64,000 bases of DNA from a virus (IMGVR_UViG_3300037264_001145:32001-96000), one strand, 5' to 3'. Numbered from the stretch's first letter, positions 54,019 to 63,997 are shown. The notes: generated from the letters alone by a model not told the origin. Translations and numbers: made by a program.

Positions 54019-56356
54019 CTTCCTGTATTTCGATACTGCTATCTATTCCGTTGATCAAGTCTTGTGCTAACCACACTTTGTCCAAGGCAACAACCCCAAG
54101 AAAGTCGAACTTTACACATCCAAGAGCTTCACTAGACTCCATTTCTAAGCCAACAATTCTCGTCTTGTTTTTGGGGTCGTAAATAAGAGGCACGAGGTCA
54201 TTAATTGGTACATCTGCTATAACGAGACCTGCTGCGTGACGGCTTTGTGATTTTTTAGTTCCTTCCAATCTCATACTTTGATCAAATAGTGGTTTGTACC
54301 ACTGATAATATTCCTTCATTTTTTCTATGTTATCAATACTCCAATTTAAAATACCGTAACTAGAATTCTCTGTTTCTTTTCGTATTTTTTGTAAATCATC
54401 TATGATCGAAGCTTCATCTGGCATTAAACCAGTAATTTCATTGGATAAATCAAATGGGGTCATAGAGACTTCGTTTGGATTCTTGCCCTCTTTTGTTGCC
54501 TTAACTTTCATTAGATGTTTAACTAAATCTGGCTGGGCACGGAAAACTTCTTTAAGAGCGGCTTTTCCTTGAAGTCTACCGAACGTGACCATTTGAGAGA
54601 CCTTATCTTCGCCCCATTTGTTAATCAAATATTCAACAACTTTTTCCCTAAACACCACACCAATATCCATATCTATATCGGGAAGACTAATATGGCCAGG
54701 ATTTGTTTGGACGGATTTGTTTTCATCCAACTTGCAACACATCCTTAATGCATCCACGATATGTGAATTATTTGGATTTGGAAATTCTAATCCCAAAACC
54801 TGGTCCTCTGATGATGAACACATTGTTTGATTATTTTTGAATACTTCTAATATATATAACCACATCTTTGGATTATTATTATCTATCCAATCAGCTTCTT
54901 CTTTAAGTAATTTTTTATTATGTATACTTTTGTATTTTAAATTACATTGGATAATTAAATTCTTTATTATATTTCTTGTATCATCAATTTTTTCTTGAGT
55001 TATAGAATCGGAATTATCTGATAACCATTCCATGAATGTTGTTGGCCCGACATCAAAGTGTGGTGGTATATTTCTTCCATGATTATAGAATCTTTCCCAA
55101 TATAAATCATACTCAATAGGATCTATTCCAGTTATATTTAGTAGATAATTAACCAAAGATCCTGCGCCAGAACCTCTTCCTTTTCCTCTTGGAGCTTTGT
55201 TTTCGTCAACAAATTTACAAGCATCATAAACAATTAGAAAATAGTCCGCAAGTCTAGCCTCTTTGATAACGGACAATTCCCTAAGCAGTCTTGTCCAGTA
55301 TATTTTTTTCTTGTCCATTGATAGGTTGGACAAGATGTTTTTGGCTCCTTGAACACATAATTTTTTCAGGTAATCATCAGAAGAATCATTGTTGGGAGTT
55401 TGGTATTTAGGTAAGCAAGGTTTCCTTCCAATGCTTGTAGATTTTATCATATCGGTAATTACAAGCGTTTGTTCCATTTCGGATTTGCTATAGTGTTCCT
55501 GCATTTCTTCTGGAGAGAATATATAGAATGTATCTCGGAAGAAAAAGGACATGGTATCTGCGCCCTCTCCTTTAAGTCTAGCTTGTTCCTCTGCCGTTGT
55601 ATGAAGTTGGCTATACAGAAGTATTCTATGATCTTCAACCTGCTCCCTTTTGGCATAATGTGCATCTAACGTACAAGCAGACGGTACATCCAAAGCCTTT
55701 GATACTTCTCTCAAACATTCCACGGCAACTTTTTGGGCTGGCATCCCTTCTTCCTGTAATTCTATGAAGTAGTTTTCCTTACCAAAAATTGAAATATATC
55801 TAGCAACAATTTCGTCGGCTATATTTCTCCAATTCGGTTTGAGTAACTTTCTAACTTCGTCCATATCTTCTGTTTGTTCGCCTATTAAACACGCCTGACC
55901 GACATCTGTGAATAAAGATTCTGATAATTCACCGATGATACAACCACTCAAACATATTAAATTGCGATTTTTAGTAAAGAGATGTAAATTATCTACGCCA
56001 ATTCTAGGTTTTCTGTAAAAGTGCTCTGGTTGATTGGTGTAGCTAACAAGAGACATTAGTTCTTTTATACCATCGTCGTTTTTGGCCAGGATTGTTAAAT
56101 GGTTGTGGGACTTATTCTCGTTGGTTTTAATGGTTTGATCAAGTTTAGACGTATATATTTCACATCCGTAGACTGGTTTGATTCCATATTTTTTGCAAGC
56201 TTTTTGAAAATCAACCATTCCAGAAACATTGCCATGATCTGTCAGAGCACAAGCTGGACAACCAATTTCTTTTGCTCTTTTAGCAATTTGTTCGGGACTT
56301 GAGAGGCCGTCTAAAAGACTAAACCAACTATGAACATGCAAACAACTATAACACAC
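53999..56356 (-). CDS. dnaE: DNA polymerase III alpha, N-terminal half (PHP, palm, thumb)
   Basis: LHVHS.FSLLDG, LTDHG, GRGSGAGSLV.Y.L.IT.IDP, PDIDMD, HAAG.VI, VKFDFLG. Confidence 0.93.
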   Translation of the reverse strand: MCYSCLHVHSWFSLLDGLSSPEQIAKRAKEIGCPACALTDHGNVSGMVDFQKACKKYGIKPVYGCEIYTSKLDQTIKTNENKSHNHLTILAKNDDGIKELMSLVSYTNQPEHFYRKPRIGVDNLHLFTKNRNLICLSGCIIGELSESLFTDVGQACLIGEQTEDMDEVRKLLKPNWRNIADEIVARYISIFGKENYFIELQEEGMPAQKVAVECLREVSKALDVPSACTLDAHYAKREQVEDHRILLYSQLHTTAEEQARLKGEGADTMSFFFRDTFYIFSPEEMQEHYSKSEMEQTLVITDMIKSTSIGRKPCLPKYQTPNNDSSDDYLKKLCVQGAKNILSNLSMDKKKIYWTRLLRELSVIKEARLADYFLIVYDACKFVDENKAPRGKGRGSGAGSLVNYLLNITGIDPIEYDLYWERFYNHGRNIPPHFDVGPTTFMEWLSDNSDSITQEKIDDTRNIIKNLIIQCNLKYKSIHNKKLLKEEADWIDNNNPKMWLYILEVFKNNQTMCSSSEDQVLGLEFPNPNNSHIVDALRMCCKLDENKSVQTNPGHISLPDIDMDIGVVFREKVVEYLINKWGEDKVSQMVTFGRLQGKAALKEVFRAQPDLVKHLMKVKATKEGKNPNEVSMTPFDLSNEITGLMPDEASIIDDLQKIRKETENSSYGILNWSIDNIEKMKEYYQWYKPLFDQSMRLEGTKKSQSRHAAGLVIADVPINDLVPLIYDPKNKTRIVGLEMESSEALGCVKFDFLGVVALDKVWLAQDLINGIDSSIEIQEGVEVDD

Positions 56357-57241
56357 TTAATTGCTCCTGTTTACAGAAATTTGATGATATTTATTTTGAA
56401 CATATTCTTCGCCGAACGTATTTAAATCTGACCAAATTTGCGTACACGCATCCTCTTTATTATACGGGCACAACTTACATTTCCATGAACGGCTGCGGCG
56501 GATTAAACTGTCTTTTTTAATCTGCTGAAAAATCTCGTATAGTTGCGACAAAATAAATGGAATATCTTCGTCCGATAAACCTATCGTTGTAGGACCATCT
56601 TGTGTGTAATAAAAAGTTAAAATCACGTTTTTGTACTGTGGGTACAACGCTCTAGCCGCCATAAAATAAAATCTAGCTTGCAATTTTTGAGTTAAGCCAT
56701 AAAAATCCATCTCGGTTTTATCAAAAGGACTACTTCTGGTGCCACTCTTGTAGTCTACAATCTCTATCGTGTCCCCATCAATTTCGTGAACTAGGTCAAT
56801 ATACCCACGTACCCGAATCTGTTTTGTCTCGCCTCCGTCCCGAATCTCCCATTCGGGGCCAGGAAGTTCTACAGCAAACCATTGTTCTGCATCTACTATT
56901 TTCAAAACATATGGATTATAAAATTTGTCTTCGACAATTTTTAAAAATGATGCTTTGCACTTTTTGTAATCAGCCGACAGTCCGCGACTAGTAAATTTTC
57001 TTAAATCTATATGGGGGTTTTCGTCCCATGATCTATCAAACAACCACGAAGGATCGACATTTGTTTTTCCTTTTTTCTTTAATCTCGCCATCCATTCAAG
57101 GGCTGTGTGTATGATTGTTCCAACCGTAGCGGCCTTCCCGCTACCACTAGATTCTAGTTCCAGGCAATATGTTAGCCAATATTTAAAGGGACAAAATTTA
57201 TATGTATCTATGAGGCTTGAACTAAATTTGATTATACGCAT
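56357..57241 (-). CDS. Cas4-like PD-(D/E)xK exonuclease
   Basis: S.S.I..Y..CP..Y, GTIIH.ALE, GYIDLV, IVDYKSG, C-terminal CKLCPY....C. Confidence 0.85.
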   Translation of the reverse strand: MRIIKFSSSLIDTYKFCPFKYWLTYCLELESSGSGKAATVGTIIHTALEWMARLKKKGKTNVDPSWLFDRSWDENPHIDLRKFTSRGLSADYKKCKASFLKIVEDKFYNPYVLKIVDAEQWFAVELPGPEWEIRDGGETKQIRVRGYIDLVHEIDGDTIEIVDYKSGTRSSPFDKTEMDFYGLTQKLQARFYFMAARALYPQYKNVILTFYYTQDGPTTIGLSDEDIPFILSQLYEIFQQIKKDSLIRRSRSWKCKLCPYNKEDACTQIWSDLNTFGEEYVQNKYHQISVNRSN

Positions 57242-57994
57242 TTATTTTCCAGCTAGTCCATCCAGCCATTGTTCTATATGGGGTTTTATAAAATCACACT
57301 GTTCGTCCACACTCATATTTCTATTGTCAATAACCAACGAAAATTTATCTCTGGGATAATCGTCTAATACGGTTTCAGACACATGGACATCTTTTCCTGC
57401 AACGTCTCTTAGCAATCTTATTGTTTTACCACCAATTTCATTAATTGTATTTATTTCATTTGGAAATCTTGCGTCCGTAATTAATGCTAGTTTGATATGG
57501 TATGTTGCTGCATCTCTTCTAATTTTATTTATAGTCGCATTAACCCATGCATTATCACACATATTTCTGATTATATCTGTTCCAAAGTATTGTAAAACTT
57601 GCCTTGCTGTCATAAAACCCCGTTGTGCCACAGAATCCATATTGTATAGTTTAGATGGCATATCTTCGAATTTTAATTGTGTCAAACTGTTTTTTTGTTC
57701 TTCTGTGCCGTAACATTGTTCATGTGTCAAACCGAGCACATCAATACAAAACTCTTTCAAACAATCAGCAAAACTATAAAGTCTTATCTCTCCGTTGCCG
57801 AACACTGTATTGAATTCACCTTCTTCGACGGTAAACCAGTGATCATTTTTTCTGGCCTCAATTAGTCCTAATTTGTTGATCTTAAAATCTTTTATATTAC
57901 CATTTCTTTTCAAAAAAGATGCGGCTATAAAATTTACAAGAGTATTTTTACCACTTCTTTTTTTGCCAGAAGCACAAACAATCAATAATTTCAT
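57242..57994 (-). CDS. Deoxynucleoside monophosphate kinase
   Basis: SGKKRSGKNT, SFAD.LK, RQVLQYFGTDIIR, ITDARFPNE, HVSE..LD. Confidence 0.88.
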   Translation of the reverse strand: MKLLIVCASGKKRSGKNTLVNFIAASFLKRNGNIKDFKINKLGLIEARKNDHWFTVEEGEFNTVFGNGEIRLYSFADCLKEFCIDVLGLTHEQCYGTEEQKNSLTQLKFEDMPSKLYNMDSVAQRGFMTARQVLQYFGTDIIRNMCDNAWVNATINKIRRDAATYHIKLALITDARFPNEINTINEIGGKTIRLLRDVAGKDVHVSETVLDDYPRDKFSLVIDNRNMSVDEQCDFIKPHIEQWLDGLAGK

Positions 57995-59131
57995 TCAATT
58001 ATCCTTCAACAAAAATTCCTTCGTATTATCTTTCAACACCTTACCGATTTGTTCTTTTATGTCATCGCTATTTAATTCTGCTACATCGTTTACTCTTTCA
58101 AGATTAACTGGAATTATTCTAAAGTAATAATTAAGTTCTTCCATTAATGTTTCCGTTGCTTCTGTACCAGTCTTATCGTTGTCCATTATAAGGATCAAAG
58201 TAAGTGCGCCGGCCTTTTGGAGTAAAATTCTTTGTTCTTTAGACATGCTCGGACCCATAAGAGAAATGCTGTTTTTAATTCCAGCCATTTCCATCGCCCA
58301 CACATTGCCTGGAGATTCTACTACTATTGCTGTACCAGTTTTGCTGATACTATACTTGGCAAACCAATAATTGTATAAATACAGTTCTTTTTTGAACCCC
58401 TTGGAGTGTAACCATTTTTCATAAAATAGACATTTATGCTTTGGTGGACAATCCATTATAGGGTTATGGAACATTTTACATGAATCGCATTTCCCCCAAA
58501 TACTTCTTCCGCTCCATCCCACCACGTATTTGCCAGATATATCTAGTATAGGGAAGAAAGATCTTTCGAAGAACAACTTGTTTTTCTTGTTGCACGAAGA
58601 AATATGATATTTGCTTATAGTATTCTCATCTACTCCACGAGTAGGATAATAGGTTGTATCTTTTACTAGGGACGGAAGCATTGTAGAAAGTGGTATCAAG
58701 CCATTTTCTTTTGCGGATTTTTTTACTCTGTATTGTTTGATGATTTTAAATATTTCTATATTCTCTGCCGTCTCTTCGTCCATTTTAAGATCGGACAAAT
58801 TTAAAATAGTAGCAGCAAAGATAACAGATTCAATAAACGTAAATCTTCTGTTTAACTTGTTGGACATAGCGCCTCTTATGAGGCCAAATATACTGGTAGA
58901 ATTTCCAGATATAGGATTTTTATGACAATGTTTAGTATTGCATCTCCAGTGAGAAGTTCTTGTGGCAAAATAGAAACTTCTGTGATTATCTCCAGAGTGA
59001 CATGGGCATCGACCCTGGAGATAATCGGATCGTTCAAAATATTCTACGCCAAGAGCATCCAAGATTTCCGAGACTCTTTCACAGGCTCGGTCCTGGATAT
59101 ACTTTATTTCTGCTTCGTTAAATTGTTTCAT
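57995..59131 (-). CDS. dnaG: DNA primase (CHC2-like zinc finger + TOPRIM)
   Basis: CPCH.GDN...WRC.T..C; VVES...V..M...G..N..SLMG; IMDNDKTG. Confidence 0.85.
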   Translation of the reverse strand: MKQFNEAEIKYIQDRACERVSEILDALGVEYFERSDYLQGRCPCHSGDNHRSFYFATRTSHWRCNTKHCHKNPISGNSTSIFGLIRGAMSNKLNRRFTFIESVIFAATILNLSDLKMDEETAENIEIFKIIKQYRVKKSAKENGLIPLSTMLPSLVKDTTYYPTRGVDENTISKYHISSCNKKNKLFFERSFFPILDISGKYVVGWSGRSIWGKCDSCKMFHNPIMDCPPKHKCLFYEKWLHSKGFKKELYLYNYWFAKYSISKTGTAIVVESPGNVWAMEMAGIKNSISLMGPSMSKEQRILLQKAGALTLILIMDNDKTGTEATETLMEELNYYFRIIPVNLERVNDVAELNSDDIKEQIGKVLKDNTKEFLLKDN

Positions 59132-60558
59132 GTTATTTTCGTATTAATAAAAGAATGCGCAAGATGAGATAGCATTTTACCCTCTTTTAATCTAGCTCTT
59201 GATAAATCAGCTAAAACGTTTACGTAATCTCCCTTGTCCATACCTGGACCAAATCTTGTGTCGCATACGATTAATTTCTTTGTTCCGTTCGATGGTGGGT
59301 CTTCGACAAACTCCTCTTGTGTTTTACTCTTAAGGATTGTGAAATTACTGCATAACCATAAAATTCTGTCTGATCCACTTATTACTTCGGAGCCTTCTCT
59401 TTCAACACCATCTCTATTAAGTTGTACTGTTGCCAAGATTGGCAACCCCCATTTTACAGCGAAATTGTGCATGGTAGTCATTAGAAAACCAAGCAATTGT
59501 GTTTCCTGTACATTGGCTTTCAGTCCTTCTGAATCCATAAGTTTAAGATAATCGTATATTATCAAACACGGCTTTGCTAGTCCACTATCTAAAAAGCCAA
59601 CATTTTTTATCAGCCATCTTCTAGCTAACGACAACGTTGACTCTATTGATTGACCAGCTATGTTCGTGTGTGTAATTTGTAGTTTCTTAATATTAACTAT
59701 ACTATCCCATACAGCGTCAGCTTCTTCTTTTATTGTGGCAAATTTTCCTGTTTCTACGTGTGTTAAATCCACGTTAGAAACGAGAGAAGTAAGTCTGTCT
59801 TGTTGCATATTTTGATCTAACTCAGTATCCAGATATAGAACTGGGATGCCTAATTCCGCCATATTCTTGGCAACGTTTATACAAAAGAAACTCTTGGCTC
59901 CCTTAGCTCTAGCCCCAACGACGTTGACGCTACATCTTCTTAGCCCACCACCAATGCACTGGTCCCAATTTGGGAAGCCCGTTGGTAAACCAACAATATC
60001 TTTGGGGGTTTCGGATAAAGCTTTTAATCTTTCTTCTAGATTAGAATGTACTAAGACCAAACCCTTGTCTTTGGAGTTTAATTGCCCGGTGAATTCAAAA
60101 ATAGGGTTTTCTATCTTGGCGATTATATCATCTATTTTCTCACTACCCTTGATTTCCTCAATATCCTTCAAAACACCGCTTAAACACTTATGTCCTTGTC
60201 TTGCCAAGGACAATTTATATACAGATAATGCTATAGACTTAGTATTATTTTCGGTTGGACAATTGGCGAACAACGCTTCTAAATACTCTGATTCTTTTGT
60301 GTTACCATTGAATTTATCATAACTAATCACGTTGGCGTTGGCTACTATAACTGGTATATCAAATTTTTCTAATCCCTTCTCGTGAACTAGATGTTTAATA
60401 ATTGCGAATATTTTTTGGTTAATTAACCAATGAAAATCTTTGGTATCCAATATTTCTTCTATGTCAATTAATAGGTTGGCTCCATGGTTCAATATGCCAG
60501 AAAGTACGGATCTTTCGCACCCACTGTCATTTAAAATAGAAGTTTCTTTAGTCTGCAT
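59128..60558 (-). CDS. dnaB: Replicative DNA helicase
   Basis: ERSVLSGIL, Walker A GARAKGAKS, LYLDTE, IIYDYLKLM, VQLNR, SGSDRI, DTRFG. Confidence 0.9.
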   Translation of the reverse strand: MQTKETSILNDSGCERSVLSGILNHGANLLIDIEEILDTKDFHWLINQKIFAIIKHLVHEKGLEKFDIPVIVANANVISYDKFNGNTKESEYLEALFANCPTENNTKSIALSVYKLSLARQGHKCLSGVLKDIEEIKGSEKIDDIIAKIENPIFEFTGQLNSKDKGLVLVHSNLEERLKALSETPKDIVGLPTGFPNWDQCIGGGLRRCSVNVVGARAKGAKSFFCINVAKNMAELGIPVLYLDTELDQNMQQDRLTSLVSNVDLTHVETGKFATIKEEADAVWDSIVNIKKLQITHTNIAGQSIESTLSLARRWLIKNVGFLDSGLAKPCLIIYDYLKLMDSEGLKANVQETQLLGFLMTTMHNFAVKWGLPILATVQLNRDGVEREGSEVISGSDRILWLCSNFTILKSKTQEEFVEDPPSNGTKKLIVCDTRFGPGMDKGDYVNVLADLSRARLKEGKMLSHLAHSFINTKIT

Positions 60559-61087
60559 TACGACCCCTTGAAATAAGAGTTTCTAAGCACTTCCTGCATT
60601 TTTGTCCAAAGTCCTTAGTATCTGGCCTATCTGATTTAAAGTCCGTAGCACAATCAGAACATACAACATCATATTCTTTTGGTGGATCTCTTCTGGTTTT
60701 TCTTTTATTTGTTATTGCTGCTCTCTTTTTGTTGTCCGCTACCTCTGATCTTGTAACAGTATCGTCAGTAATTGGCACCATAGTATTGCCATAATATCCT
60801 TTTTTGTTCGGATCAACGGGTAAAACAACAGCACTATCCGCATTTTGTGAACGTTTTTTCTTTTTAGTAGTTTCTGTTGGATTCGAAGATAAAGGAGGAG
60901 AAGGATTGACTTCTCTATATTTATCTAACCATCTTCCAAGAATAATAGCTACCGCTTGATCGTCCGTGGTCGAAGAAGATGATGGAATTTCAATGTGTTC
61001 TGATGTTAATTCGTAATACGCCTCACATATCAATTCCCATTTTTGTTCACTTATACCTTGTTTTATTTTTGATATTGGATTAGCCAT
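60548..61087 (-). CDS. Hypothetical protein with a C-terminal zinc ribbon
   Basis: VCSDC...KCRKC. Confidence 0.55.
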   Translation of the reverse strand: MANPISKIKQGISEQKWELICEAYYELTSEHIEIPSSSSTTDDQAVAIILGRWLDKYREVNPSPPLSSNPTETTKKKKRSQNADSAVVLPVDPNKKGYYGNTMVPITDDTVTRSEVADNKKRAAITNKRKTRRDPPKEYDVVCSDCATDFKSDRPDTKDFGQKCRKCLETLISRGRNAD

Positions 61088-61499
61088 GTTTTTCCTCCAG
61101 ATTTCTTTGTCTTACTATGCCTTGTATAGCTTGACAGAACAGTTCTATGCGTCTCGATAGGTACGCAATTCTAGATAGTCTTAGTTCTACCTTTTGAACT
61201 AGTCTGCCAGCTTTTGCTTTGTCCTCATTAAACAGTCTACCAGTAATGTTTTTTGCCCATTTCAAGAATCCGTCACACTCATTGCTTTTCTTTTGAAGAA
61301 ACATTAAATATTGAGATAACATAAAAGCGTATTCTGCAAGAATCATTGTTTTTTCTTCTCTCATCTGTTGTACAGACAATTCAAATATTTTTTCAATTTC
61401 TGATCTATTCGGTTCCCTGATTATCAAACACAAGGATTCTTCCCACAATTGAAGATCGTCATTGTACTTTTTATATTCTGTATCAAAAGCATCACCCAT
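61080..61499 (-). CDS. Helical protein, putative recombination mediator (UvsY-like)
   Basis: All-helical composition, size and position downstream of recA; weak. Confidence 0.4.
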   Translation of the reverse strand: MGDAFDTEYKKYNDDLQLWEESLCLIIREPNRSEIEKIFELSVQQMREEKTMILAEYAFMLSQYLMFLQKKSNECDGFLKWAKNITGRLFNEDKAKAGRLVQKVELRLSRIAYLSRRIELFCQAIQGIVRQRNLEEKHG

Positions 61500-61845
61500 A
61501 AATTTCTACCAATTTAAAATTGTTTAATTTACACCATTCTCTTTTACGACCATCTCTTTCTTGTTGTTTGTTGAAATCAATTTTGGTTCTATGAAAGAAT
61601 TTTACGTGTTCAACGTGTTGTCTCCCCTGACATTCAATTACCATAAATCTTGATGGAATAAAAAAATCTAAATAAAATTTCTCAACAGGCACATACACTT
61701 CCTCAAAGATATTATCATCTGGATACTGTTGTAATAATCGTATCTTTATTGATTTTTGAAATTTAGACCTACTGAAATTTTTGTCAGAAAGATACTTCTT
61801 TAGATTTATCTTTGTGTGAGAACCGTTTAATAGTTTAAGTATCAT
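61492..61845 (-). CDS. PD-(D/E)xK endonuclease (Vsr/DUF559-like)
   Basis: SKFQ..I...L...EEV...FYLDFFIP...VIECQGRQH...F...Q.ERD..KREWC. Confidence 0.75.
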   Translation of the reverse strand: MILKLLNGSHTKINLKKYLSDKNFSRSKFQKSIKIRLLQQYPDDNIFEEVYVPVEKFYLDFFIPSRFMVIECQGRQHVEHVKFFHRTKIDFNKQQERDGRKREWCKLNNFKLVEIYG

Positions 61846-62879
61846 TTTGGCAATAGTATCTCACGAATTTCATTCTCAAATTTAACAATGTGTTCTGGAT
61901 TGTTTTTGAAGTATTCACGAATCTTGTCTAATCCCTGGAGTTTTAATGGATTTTTATTTTCATCCAATATTGACGGTATATTGTACCAACTTCCACTTTT
62001 TTGAATTAATCCAAGATTTTCGGCGTGAATTATTACATCCTTTGCTGTGTCTATACCTTCTCCGTATCTCAATGGAATTGAACACGGAATATATGGTTTT
62101 CCAAGAGCAGAACAAACCACATTTACCATAAGATCTTGACCGTCTGGCTCGTTGGTGTCTGGATCTTTATCCCATATTTTTGCCCAATTAACATTTAGCC
62201 AAACAGAACAAGCATAGCCTATCGCTAATCCACCCTTCTCTATAAATTTTTTCCCGTTAGGCTCCCTGTTTGTTTGAAGTTGACTAAGAAATATCACAAT
62301 ATTGTCGTTGTCGTCAATGGTTTGTTGAACTTTTCTAAAGAAAGAAGCTAGCAATTTTGGAGTTCCAGCCATGTCACGATTATCACCAATCAATTCACTC
62401 TGTTCTGCCATAGTAGACAAAGCCGCGATACTATCTACAACCGTGACGGCTCGTGGATTATCTTTGATTGTTTGTTCTATAATTCTAAACCAATCTTCCG
62501 CCGACAACACCTTGTCTGGCGTAGACTTGATGATATTTAATTTTTCGGTATTCAAACCTGCAATAGTTTTTAACAAACTTTGACTACATCTTCTTTCTAT
62601 GTCAACATAAAAAGCTGGTCTACCATCGTTTATAGCGTTTTTAAGAATATGCAAGCAAAGACTTGTTTTACCAACCTTTGATTTTCCACTGAGCAAACAC
62701 GTCACACCAGATGGAATTCCGCCAGAGAGAGATATGTCCAATGATAATGCTGTTTTAAGTATTTCTCTTTTCTTGTCTATAATCTTGTCGGCAGTTTGAA
62801 TAATGCCTTCCCCATAGGTTCTTTCAAGAAATTTATCAAAACCCTCTTCAACAACCTTATCCGATTTTTTCTTCGCCAC
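61842..62879 (-). CDS. recA: RecA/UvsX recombinase
   Basis: LSLDISLSGGIP.G....LSGKSKVGKTSL, YVDIE, VVDSIAAL, IFLSQ, GG.AI.Y..SV.L. Confidence 0.92.
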   Translation of the reverse strand: MAKKKSDKVVEEGFDKFLERTYGEGIIQTADKIIDKKREILKTALSLDISLSGGIPSGVTCLLSGKSKVGKTSLCLHILKNAINDGRPAFYVDIERRCSQSLLKTIAGLNTEKLNIIKSTPDKVLSAEDWFRIIEQTIKDNPRAVTVVDSIAALSTMAEQSELIGDNRDMAGTPKLLASFFRKVQQTIDDNDNIVIFLSQLQTNREPNGKKFIEKGGLAIGYACSVWLNVNWAKIWDKDPDTNEPDGQDLMVNVVCSALGKPYIPCSIPLRYGEGIDTAKDVIIHAENLGLIQKSGSWYNIPSILDENKNPLKLQGLDKIREYFKNNPEHIVKFENEIREILLPK

Positions 62880-63339
62880 TATTTTCTAACTCCCTTAAAA
62901 TCGACAATTTGTTTTTGCTCCTATCGTCTAAATATCTTGAGTTTTGTTCATCGTTTTTAGACGGGAGAACTCTTGCATGGGCCATAAGCAACCTTCTCTG
63001 TCTCTCTTTTTCGTATTCAACTTTTAATTTTCCCACTATTTTTGTGACCGTTTTTTTAGCCGACAACGATTTGATACACGTCCTTTTTATTATGTCTATT
63101 AATACAGTTTGAGCTAATGGGTTGTCGAAATTTAATAAACACGCAAATGACTCTAACATGTTTCGTAAGTTATGAACACCTTTGATTTCTCTTTTATATT
63201 TATTGGTCCAATAAATACTGGATTTCCAAAATCTTGAAGTTAGTTTTCTATCACAGTTTAAGCAAACTAATTCTATCAGATAGTTTGGAAAATCTATCCT
63301 TAAACCAGGGGTTGTCGGAGAATCAAAAGATTTTTCCAT
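62857..63339 (-). CDS. Hypothetical protein
   Basis: Coupled ORF in the replication operon. Confidence 0.6.
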   Translation of the reverse strand: MEKSFDSPTTPGLRIDFPNYLIELVCLNCDRKLTSRFWKSSIYWTNKYKREIKGVHNLRNMLESFACLLNFDNPLAQTVLIDIIKRTCIKSLSAKKTVTKIVGKLKVEYEKERQRRLLMAHARVLPSKNDEQNSRYLDDRSKNKLSILRELENSGEEKIG

Positions 63340-63340
63340 A

Positions 63341-63751
63341 TTATCTATTCTCTATCAAGAAAAATCCGGTCTGTTCTTTACTCCGCGTCTCCTTGGCTAC
63401 CTTGTCCCCTTTGTTAGAAATCCAAAACATAGTTGAATTTTCGCCATCAAAATAACCAACACAAACTGCGCCACCCTGTCCACCGAAAGGGAAAACTCTG
63501 ACCTCCTTCATACCATAAATATACCCCTTCTGGTTTTTGGGCATATCGAAAGAGTGGTTTCCTTCTACTAGTCGCATACCAACAATTTTAAGGTCTGTAT
63601 TTGCTTCCAGAAATTGTTTCAGTCGTCTCCATGCGTGAGCAGTTTTTTCTCTGGTGTCTTGATACACATCTTTGCCGTTCGATAATTCTGCGACATAAAA
63701 TCTATTAACACCAACCGGCAAGGTAAAACTCACTAATTCCATACTATTCAT
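63341..63751 (-). CDS. Hypothetical protein
   Basis: Coupled ORF. Confidence 0.6.
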   Translation of the reverse strand: MNSMELVSFTLPVGVNRFYVAELSNGKDVYQDTREKTAHAWRRLKQFLEANTDLKIVGMRLVEGNHSFDMPKNQKGYIYGMKEVRVFPFGGQGGAVCVGYFDGENSTMFWISNKGDKVAKETRSKEQTGFFLIENR

Positions 63752-63997
63752 TTAAAAATTCCTTTGCGCAAGTGTAAAATGTGTCTTATTTTTTGTCTTC
63801 AAAAACGTTACATAATAATCGAAACATGTTTTGTTACATTTTCTGAGACGGAAAAAAAGTCCACCCTTTTCATGATCTACTTTTCCTCTACTCATAGAAG
63901 AATTTTGGGGGTTATAGAGATCTCCATCACTAGAACTTAAAACAAAGTATATACCACCAATACGATGAGCCAAAAATTCTTTTTCGTCTAAAGGCAA
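63752..63997 (-). CDS. Hypothetical protein
   Basis: Coupled ORF at the window edge; start uncertain. Confidence 0.5.
   Translation of the reverse strand: MPLDEKEFLAHRIGGIYFVLSSSDGDLYNPQNSSMSRGKVDHEKGGLFFRLRKCNKTCFDYYVTFLKTKNKTHFTLAQRNF

Noticed and set aside
40431-56356. Split (trans-splicing) intein in dnaE
   Set aside because: Neither junction carries an intein N-fragment (Cys/Ser start, ~100 aa) or C-fragment (His-Asn then Cys/Ser/Thr), and the known split-intein site near FNKSH is uninterrupted.
56357-57241. CRISPR-Cas system suggested by the Cas4-like gene
   Set aside because: No cas1/cas2 or effector genes and no repeat-spacer array seen; stand-alone Cas4-like exonucleases are common in phage replication modules.
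1725-63455. Numerous short ORF-track entries overlapping the called genes on the opposite strand or in other frames (e.g. 1725..2006, 4313..4618, 16769..17005, 33663..34235)
   Set aside because: Shadow ORFs of well-supported genes, with no RBS or motif support.
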